From positions 4,496,485 through 4,560,484 of the forward strand of contig NC_134027.1 of NCBI RefSeq assembly GCF_964204645.1: DNA of 64,000 nt, in the 5' to 3' direction. Shown here piece by piece: positions 55,601 through 64,000 of the stretch (the stretch's first letter is position 1; every line of letters starts with the position of its first letter). The notes beneath the pieces were generated by a model. The model had not been told where the DNA came from. It saw nothing but the letters and a program-made list of their open reading frames with translations, and did no database searches. The stretch comes from Tubulanus polymorphus. Its lineage: Eukaryota > Animalia > Nemertea. The position numbers and the translations under genes are program-made.

Positions 55601-58600
55601 GCTGCTGCTGCGTGCTGCTAATCATCTGTAGTTGTAGTAGTATTGGCGAGTCACTATACCTGGCACTGAACCAAAATAAAATTATTGTATTCAAGCTTTA
55701 GTCATTGCCGAAACTATTCACATAGCGCGAATGAATTCCGATTCACGATTCACTCGCATAGTATTTCAAATAAATTTCTTTTTCCATAAAATTTTTATGA
55801 AACTCACCCATCTGGACTGGTCCCGCAACAGGTTAATGAAAAGAGTGGCGAGTTCTTGTTTGCGTATCTCCGGACAACTAGCACATGACACAGATGTAAA
55901 ACATTCAGCGCAGGCCTTCCTAACTCCCCACACACCATCTTCACATAAATAGTGAAACTTGGGCAACTACAAACACAAAATTGAAGATTCAATCATATCA
56001 TTATCTAATCGAGTTACTCTTTCTAATTGACGATTTCTAAATAATCTTCACTACGTTGTATCGATATCAATACTAACCATGTGTTCTTCGGTGGCCTCTT
56101 GTCCCACTACTCGACACATATCACCAAAATTAGCAGCGCACACCTAAAACCAGACAATAAATTACATAAATATAATGAACTTATTTCAAGACGATTTCTT
56201 TTATCATTTCGGTTAAAATCGAAGATAACCACTCGCCTTTCGGACATGAAATAAAGTGTCCGTACAGAGCATCGTGAACTGCGGTAGAAATATACGTTCA
56301 GTAATGTCTCGTCCGACCAACGAAGCCATCTTACTCATTAACTGTCGAAAATAAACAATTGGCAAAATCAGCACATTATTCAATGAGGATTTTATAGAGT
56401 AACAACGAAATACTGAAGTTAAGGGTTACATTTTTTGTAAGGATTGTTTACTGTGATGCTATATTCTCGGTCTGATCTACATCTTTAACAAATATACATC
56501 ATTCAACGGATAATTCTATGGTACTGGCATCTATCACACAATACAGTATACCATGGCCCACTAACATCATTAGCTAGTTGACCTGATTTTTTTGCCACAC
56601 ACAAATACATGCAGCGGATCATATAACTCTATCCATTAGTTGAAGGTGATTCAGTATTTTTGAGTCACCAAAGCAGACTGTGATATGGAGGTGTTCACAA
56701 CTAAACATTTCACAGTCACTTAGATGGCTCAATTACACCATTACAAAGAAACAATTCTACAAGACTAAACTTTCTAGAAGACACTTGGTGAATAAGCAGA
56801 ATGAATAAGGCATAGTTAAGCGAATAAGAGAATTATGTCAAATATCAGATTTTGATAGTTGTCGAATAAACACTATAATCCGTGTATACTGTAGATAAAT
56901 GAAGCAATCCCACACTTCGAATTTAAAATTATACGATCAAATTTATTATTATGAAACCACAACTAACAGCCATCACCTGAGATTTAGAATTTCTTTCGGG
57001 TTAAAAAGGCCTAGATTTATGACGATGGGTTCAGATTAAATAAAGCTTTAAATTCAAAAAAAGATTTGATAAATAATCTGATGAAATGAGCGTTCGTTGT
57101 CAGATACCGGCGATATCAATGCGGAGAACAGTGTCCAACGCAGGCACGTCAAAGCAGGCTGTGATACGGATACCAAATAAAGGCGCATCACAGCCACTGT
57201 GACGGCCAACGCTGATCAAATAATCCACCAGCTTGACATAGAAATGAAGACCAGCGCTGCGTGTGTACGAGATGCTGCATAATGAAGATTGCTGTAAGGT
57301 ACGCAGCAGCCAGTTTACACTCAATAATAACTGCCCGCAATAGAGCTCGACAGAACTGGCACAGCAACACGAGTAAGAGGTGAAAAGGAAAAGAGGCTGG
57401 CAGGGTCTTCAACTGAGCTCATCAAAGCAGGCTGTGATATGTTAATATCGAGACACACATCACAACCACTTCAATGGCCCGGTCATAAGACAATTTCTTA
57501 GAATTTAAAAGGCACAGAAAACCCTCAAATTGGCTAGGCGAATGGATAATACGTAAAAATGGAAATACAGCATACGGACGCAAAAAAAGGAATTTGTTTA
57601 TATTCATTTCATGCTCTTATGGAATCCATAAAAATCTTGAAAGCCGTTCATGATAGCTGCAACATTGTGCGGGTGATAACACACAACATGTATCCTGACT
57701 GTACAAAACGTGAATGGATTACGAAGGGCTACAATTTACTGGTTCAATGATTCACACGATTAATGTTAACCGATAAATCATTTATGCGGCAATTAATATT
57801 CAAAAATTTTTGCCAGTCCCCTCCGACAAGAAACGTATGTACGTATGATACATCTGTGAAGAAGTCCTGAACTCAACTCGATGTCTATAAGCTGTGCGAG
57901 GACTAGATGAAAGCTCATCAAAGCTGGCTGTGATATGAATTCAATAGTCACATTTCACAACCACTTTGAGAGATGACATAAATAGCCTGTTTTTTTTCTG
58001 CATGTTAGCATCATGTTGATCCAGCAATTTAGTAACTTTTTGGACCAAGCCGAACATGACCTCCAACACGTCCAATAATAAAGGAAGGATCTTCACTATA
58101 TAAAGTTGATGTTCTCATTTCTAAGTGGTATCCGGTGTAAAGATATCCAGGACAATGAGTGTCTGCTCGAGTGACTGAAAGAGTTTGTTAATTCCAGGAA
58201 AGCCAAGAAACTGGATAGGCACTTCACGCCGTAAATCTAACAACAACCAAGTTTAGTTCAAATCTGATCTACATTAAAATCGAAGCACATCGGAAAAATC
58301 GAGTAATCAAACAGACTATAATAAAGAAAGTATCGTCGTATGAAGTGAAGTAGTCTAATCCAAGCAGGCTGTGATATGATAATTCAAGTGTTTAAACAAC
58401 ACATCACAACCACTCGAATCAGACAACAAAACTTTTTTTTTTTTATCTCACCAAAATAACTTCGGTAATAGATTTTTAACGAAATGTTTTTAGTTTGAAA
58501 GGCATAAAAATGATACTTCGATATCGCTAGGACATTTTGTGATTAGAACGTAGCCGTACGAAACGTATGTGCCACTAGACTTAATTATACACTGACAACC

Positions 58601-61600
58601 TGACAGTTAGTTAGCCTAGTAAATCATACGAAGAGGAAATCAGTTCTTGTGAAAGGTGAACGAAAGAATGTGTACAGGATATCACTAACATATACAACCT
58701 TCAATAGTGTCGGATTAGATGCGTCGACAAGGACACAGTTACCTAGCTACTCGATGGGCATGTTTCGACCAACAATCAACCGTGAAGGCGGCGCCGGTGC
58801 TGCGGCAGACGAAAAATCACTCGCGGTATAACGTTCAAAATATACGGTAGAAATGAAGAATCAATACAGATCGAGGCTCATCAAAGCTGGCTGTGATAGG
58901 CTCAGATGTAACTACAACAATCCAACCTTGACGGCCATGACGCTGTAATACACGCTGGTTTCATCGGATGGACAACAGACACGATAAATAAATCATAATA
59001 ACAAGACCGAAGATTCCGAGCTTCCCAAGTCATGATTTCACTTTCAATACGCTTATAATGATGCAAATAGGTTCAATTCTAACTCTACTTTTTTTAAAAT
59101 CTTGAAATAGGGATTGACCCTGTTAGTAATTTGATTGGTAGATTTGGTTAAATTTTTTGCATTGGTGTCCCTTACAAACCCATCACACCCGCCGGGAGCG
59201 AAACGGGATTTGATTTAGAAATCGAACTTCTAACGAAACTACGTCCAACATGTAGCTGAACGAACAAACTATATACATGAACCTGTATTTGAAATCTATC
59301 TGCAATAAAAAATCATCACCATTCCATGTGATAATTGAGGAATAATCTTGAACACTAAATAATGAAAACTATTTTGTGCAGCGCCTCCAACCTCATCTAT
59401 CGGAACTTTCTGTTAAAATCGGTTCGGTTTGGCAAAAAACATTATACATAACAATATACAAATAGCTGCTCGAGAGCTTAAAATCATTATGTCTTATCCT
59501 AAAAAACATTCTACATCGATACAACCCAATTAGAAAATATTTCTCTCAGTTTTCAGGCGATATAAGCTCAGATTCATTGTCTGTTCTTCCAAATTTAGGT
59601 CACACCAGCCTGCATTGGTTTCCAAAGCAACAACAAAAGAATTGGGAACAATGCCATCTGGTGGACTGTATGACAAAGGACAAGACATGAGAACTCACAA
59701 AAGCAGAGGATGGGCCTGGACCTATTTGATATGGAGCGACCATTGAGCTATTGAGCGATTGTGGCCAGCAATTGTATATGTTTTGTGGCACATGCCCACC
59801 CCTTACAGGCTTATACATGAACCTGTTCTATCATTGGAGACAGCTGTGAGGAAGACACAAAAGTGTGCCACCCAGAGAACAAAGCCAAAATAAAACTACA
59901 ACCAATAATAGTTCCTTTGTGAGAAGCTTCCCCCATTACTCTTATGTAATCTTACAAAGAATTTGCGATATTAATTACATTCTGATATTGTCACCTGTCC
60001 TACATGAAACCGAAGTGCAACCGTAAATTTGTCAAAACCGAAAACATACTTTGACAGGAAAGTAAAACACCTCAAAAATAAAACTCAATTAAACATTTTC
60101 TAATTTTCTCGATTTTCACGGTAGAACTTTAACGCCGCTTTTCGCAAAAGACACGTAAGTGAGATGATGGTATCTTAATTCACATCTCACTACCCATGTC
60201 TTTCACAAAACACGGAAACATTCATTGATTCCTGCTGCACTTAAAATTCTCTGAACTAATTGAATTAATACGAATCAATAAATACTCACCGCTACAGCTT
60301 CAGTCCTGTACACGTCCAAGCTATCAAAACTGGTAAGATCCAAAATAATGGGGCACACTTGTTCCTCCACATCACCTGTAATTAATGTCAAATTCAATCA
60401 GACGCGTGCAGAATTGAGGTCTGTAAAAAGGTGTATTCGTGGATATTGAAACGTCGAACAACGCACATCATCGAAGCTTACCTCTATCAACTAAATCTTG
60501 CTCTAATAAAACGAGCAACGCGGCTTGACTAGTTTTTCGAACCTGGAAAGAAAATACACAATTCATTCATTAACATTTATCCGTTAATACAACTGGTAAA
60601 TTTAGTTTTCTACAAACGCGAAACGATAATTAGACGCACCTGATTGTTAGTGTCAGTTAAATACTTCACGACTAACGGAAGTAGATAGGATGGTATCGCG
60701 TCCGCGAAGATTTGACGATTCTCTTGACAATATTTAGCTATGTGAGGAACCTGTTCCATCAGTTCAGATCTCACCGATGCATCTGAGATTACAAGCCAGA
60801 AAACAAGTTGTAGAGAGAAGTTTAACGAATTTTCCGACAATTTAAGTCAAGTTACATCAATTCCGTACCCGGATCGTCCGCTAATCTCATGATCGCCTTC
60901 AAAACGCCAACAGCTTCCTCTTCATCTTCACCTACTGAACAGATCGTGTCCAGAAGACTCCTCGCCAACATTTGTCTAAATAAAGTAAACCATTTGAAAT
61001 AACAGCGACATCGTTTAACCGAGACACTAGAGTTCAAAACATCGACGAGTCAGAAATAAACTCGATGAAATTATCTTATTTCAATTTCATCCGAAATGCC
61101 ATTGATAGCACAGAAGCAAATCATTTCGATCGAAGTTTCCCGAGTTGAGATGGCTTCTAACGAACGCAAGTTGGACAAGTTCCAACGCACAATTTTACTA
61201 CGATAGTAACAACTGTTACAATATTATGTTCACATAAATATAAGAGTCAATAAAATCATAACCCGTAATTCATCATCTGACAAAAAAATGCTACTATTTC
61301 AAATGCAAACACTAGGTCTTCATTAAAAAAAGAGGATATAACATTGAACATATCTTAACTTTTCATCAGCAAAAAGTTAGTATATTTCTTTTTTACTATA
61401 TAAATGAATGAACTTGTTTTACCTGCTGAAAATATTGTCCATCTGCATGTGTTTTTCCAACTTCTGTAGAGGAGTGAGACCCTCATAGAGGAGTTCCCTT
61501 TCTCTATGAAGCGGAATGAATTCCGAATCATCATCCCCTAAAAAAACATATCGAAAAGACTTTCATTTTAAAAAAATCATGTATGTACTACAAAAATAGA

Positions 61601-62710
61601 ATATATAATTCAGTAGTAACTAAGTAACAAACAAACATCACTAAACGCGCAAATCTATTAATTTATTATAAACTATATTGGTTTTTATTTGATTGATCAT
61701 AGATTGAAATCAAAAGAAAAGCCGTAAATCAACTACTTAATTCAAACCTATCGAAGAACGCCTTAAGTAGGGTTTGTTTAATCGTCAGTTCGATTCAAAT
61801 AAAAATACTAAACACACAATAGACAAACACGATAATAATCGCGCTACATACAACAGTTACAGCACCACTAAATAAATCACTCTCAAAATTAATAATAAAT
61901 ATAATCCATGTATATTCTTATAAATCTATTTCTAATATCCGAGTTAATTCAATAATCCAAACACCATTTGCTTAGTAGGATATCCTCTCTTTGTTGTGCG
62001 CCAAGATGAGAATCCAACTTCGTTATTGCTGAGCAAAACATTACTCACATGATGATTCATTGCCGTATAAACAACGCTCTATTTCAACTAATTGCGTTAA
62101 TCCATTTAGTAACTAAATCAAAATCAAATCTTATATCCATTTTAATCCTTTCTCCAATAGATTTGCGAGAAAAAATCGTTTAATATACGACTAGAGCAAG
62201 GTAACGCTACGAGCCCTTTGTTCGACGCGCACAACGCTTAGATTCCAGGTCAAAGGTTAAAACGGGGTCGGGTAGGAAATCCCGTGGTCACATGACTTCA
62301 AGCGTGCCATCAATCGCTCACATTTGAATCAACAAGCTACTAACACAAACTCTAACCACGAATAACACTAATACTAAACATTTTAGAACCTCACATAGCA
62401 CCGGAATATCATTATACAGTCATAATTAACGCAAAAACAACACCGCACCAGAGCGACAAAGGCTCTGACGACATCAGAAATTCGAAGTTGGTGCTCGTAA
62501 GAAAATTTGTGGGGTCACACCGAGAATAACCGCGATAAAAAGCCATTTTCACGACGAAATAACCTTACTTACCGTCATCTTGATTTTCTCCGGAGTCATT
62601 TGGATAAAAGTCGATATCTAAAATGTCACAACGATTAATCGATTAGCGCGAATAGAGTGAAAAAAATAGGACAAAATTATGCGAAGAAATTAACTATGCT
62701 TACCCGCCAT
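49700..62710 (-). CDS. PPP4R1: Serine/threonine-protein phosphatase 4 regulatory subunit 1 (HEAT-repeat scaffold)
   Basis: Starts ATG GCG G|gt (62710-62704), with a 45-nt exon 2. Motifs include VRSELMEQVPHIA, LFHVRKVCAANFGD, DGVWGVRKACAECF, ALGPFISTFADP, TVDTEIARHCAFSLPAVAYTLGR, WKVRRTLAFSIHEL, NWRYR, DKVAEVR, PNVRISLA and DADKDVR. There is a long acidic insert exon. Last exon VPV* 49711-49700; AATAAA at ~47917-47922. Confidence 0.95.
53543..53955. mobile_element. Non-autonomous DNA transposon (MITE) in a PPP4R1 intron
   Basis: TIRs CAAGGTTCCTACAATTCCTGGTATCC / GGATTCAAGGAGTTGTAGGGACCCTG (~21/26 match), TA at the right flank, many subterminal TTCAAGGA repeats. Confidence 0.7.
55588..55619. 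repeat. (TGC)n microsatellite, intronic
   Basis: About 7 perfect TGC units plus a degenerate tail. Confidence 0.8.
56660..56732 (-). ncRNA. mir-2: pre-miR-2 family copy 6 (divergent; mature UAUCACAGUCUGCUUUGGUGAC, 56664-56685)
   Basis: Seed AUCACAG on the 3p arm. The 5p arm GAGCCAUCUAAGUGACUGUGAAAUG pairs with it and carries a compensatory A:U change. Confidence 0.85.
57140..57212 (-). ncRNA. mir-2: pre-miR-2 family copy 5 (mature UAUCACAGCCUGCUUUGACGUGC, 57144-57166)
   Basis: 3p mature sequence with complementary 5p arm GGCCGUCACAGUGGCUGUGAUGCG. Confidence 0.9.
57412..57484 (-). ncRNA. mir-2: pre-miR-2 family copy 4 (mature UAUCACAGCCUGCUUUGAUGAGC, 57417-57439)
   Basis: One mismatch to canonical miR-2a; 5p arm GCCAUUGAAGUGGUUGUGAUGUG forms the hairpin. 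Confidence 0.92.
57911..57974 (-). ncRNA. mir-2: pre-miR-2 family copy 3 (canonical mature UAUCACAGCCAGCUUUGAUGAGC, 57913-57935)
   Basis: Exact canonical miR-2a mature sequence; star arm CUCUCAAAGUGGUUGUGAAAUG. Confidence 0.95.
58351..58426 (-). ncRNA. mir-2: pre-miR-2 family copy 2 (mature approx. UAUCACAGCCUGCUUGGAUUAG, 58355-58376)
   Basis: Seed intact; 5p arm GUCUGAUUCGAGUGGUUGUGAUGUG is complementary. Confidence 0.9.
58874..58938 (-). ncRNA. mir-2: pre-miR-2 family copy 1 (canonical mature UAUCACAGCCAGCUUUGAUGAGC, 58876-58898)
   Basis: Exact canonical mature sequence; 5p arm GGCCGUCAAGGUUGGAUUGUUGUAG forms the hairpin. Confidence 0.93.
60138..60210 (-). ncRNA. mir-71: pre-miR-71 (mature 5p UGAAAGACAUGGGUAGUGAGAUG, 60183-60205)
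   Basis: Exact conserved miR-71 sequence; 3p arm CAUCUCACUUACGUGUCUUUUGC (60144-60166) pairs with it; first hairpin of the cluster, ~85 nt inside the intron. Confidence 0.96.
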
Positions 62711-62739
62711 ATTGGAAAACCTCGTGTGCTGAAAGGAAG

Positions 62740-62785
62740 ACGGTGATTGGTCGGTTAACTGAGGAAGGTCTTCGCTTATTGGCTA
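62740..62785 (-). promoter_or_regulatory. Tandem CCAAT boxes upstream of the PPP4R1 start
   Basis: GATTGG at ~62745-62750 and TATTGG at ~62777-62782 (CCAAT on the minus strand), ~32 bp apart, just upstream of ATG 62710. Confidence 0.45.
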
Positions 62786-64000
62786 GCGTTTTAAAATTAT
62801 CCGGACAATGTCGGAGTTACACGGAAATGGCCGAAACAAAAGCAAAACAACAACAAAGGGCACGTGCTACACATTTTACTATAAATCTTCATTCATAAAT
62901 ACCAAATGCGTAAAACTGAGTGATAATGTAGTCGATATAATCAACGTAACATAGTTTCTTTAAATTTGCAGTATTACTTAATCCGATTGTTTGTTGCAGT
63001 ATTGTCTACTGTGTTGATGTTGAAGAAAACTTGTAACTTTTCGACAACAATTTACCAGTTCAGGTCCAGACAGTTCGAAGAAAATGACAGATTTTAAGGT
63101 ACCCTGGTCGATTTAATGTTTCAATTAATCTGTTCTGCCTAGATGAGGTTTGGTCTCTAGCAAGGTTCGGACAGTCGTAGCAAATGAGGATTTTCTCAGA
63201 GATTTGAAAACCATTGCCTGGTATATATCTTCGACTTCAGAAAATGGGCCTTGCCTCCAATTTGACCTCTTTAATTAGTGATCATCCAAGTCCTTTGACT
63301 GCTTGTTAGTTTTCAGTAGACTTCTTGAAAATCGATGGAATTTTCTCATTCAGATTAGAGGCCAGATTTCAGTAGAGGGATGCATCATCTCAAATGAGAA
63401 AGGAACACTTAACTAAATTGATAAGCTCATTGTTTTATTTCAATATCACTTTATTTCAGATCTCATATGATTCAATCAAACAGAAAATTAATATCCTTTA
63501 ATGAAAAAAAAAGCTTACTCAGACAGATAAAATGCATACATAGTGTAATATGTTAAACATAAAATAGAAAATCATAACATATTGCAGGAACCTGTTCCAC
63601 ATAGTGATCGAGCCTTATTTGACTATTTGGTATTTTCAGTTATCCAGTGCCAAGCAGTTCACCAAACACATTTTTGAAGCTGAGGATTTATGATGGATTC
63701 TAGAAATTCAGTAATGACTCAATAAAAACTACCAGTATACCCGCCCTATAAATAACAGCCAAAAACCTAATCTAAATACAAAAATAAAAGTTTAGCACCA
63801 TGAAAATAACATTATCAACGTCAACAAATCTGCAAAGGCTCAACTAAGCTCATCTTTTGCAAAAGGACCTCGAATAATCAAGAGCAGTAAATGTTTCCTG
63901 ATTCAAAACACACAAACAGAACAATTACCACTGGCAAAGGGCGAAAAATACAGTATTTGAACAGAGACAAACAGAACTGTTTTTCAAAATAGACCACTTA

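Noticed and set aside
56440-56545. Possible seventh miR-2 (CTGTGATG at ~56451)
   Set aside because: No similarity beyond the seed and no complementary arm at hairpin distance
56660-58938. Regularly recurring ~23-nt near-identical repeats resembling a CRISPR array
   Set aside because: Spacing is hundreds of nt, the context is a eukaryotic intron, and each repeat is the 3p arm of a miR-2 hairpin
62980-63400. Coding-looking GC-richer stretch upstream of PPP4R1
   Set aside because: Stops in the minus-strand frames examined, no ORF in the track and no recognisable domain; perhaps a decayed repeat

Overview
This is an AT-rich, intron-dense animal genomic window. miR-2 indicates a protostome, and the IP3R and miR-2 sequences suggest a lophotrochozoan. 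Five tightly packed protein-coding genes all lie on the minus strand: Galpha-i (first exon only), a testis-specific TSSK kinase, a complete IP3 receptor (ITPR), an NWD-type DUF4062-NACHT-WD40 STAND protein, and PP4 regulatory subunit 1 (PPP4R1). Several features are invisible in the ORF track. (1) A miR-71 + 6x miR-2 cluster sits in a PPP4R1 intron, and the host gene's own 3'UTR carries a miR-71 8mer with 3'-supplementary pairing plus two miR-2 seed sites, suggesting an autoregulatory loop. (2) ITPR shows rich alternative splicing: a duplicated mutually exclusive exon pair, two duplicated alternative terminal exons, a 16-aa cassette resembling the vertebrate neuronal SII-C segment, a second cassette at the same site, and two microexons. 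(3) A minimal type I hammerhead ribozyme lies in a tandem repeat within an NWD intron. Small MITEs, microsatellites and promoter motifs are also present. All exon boundaries were read by eye and need RNA-seq confirmation.
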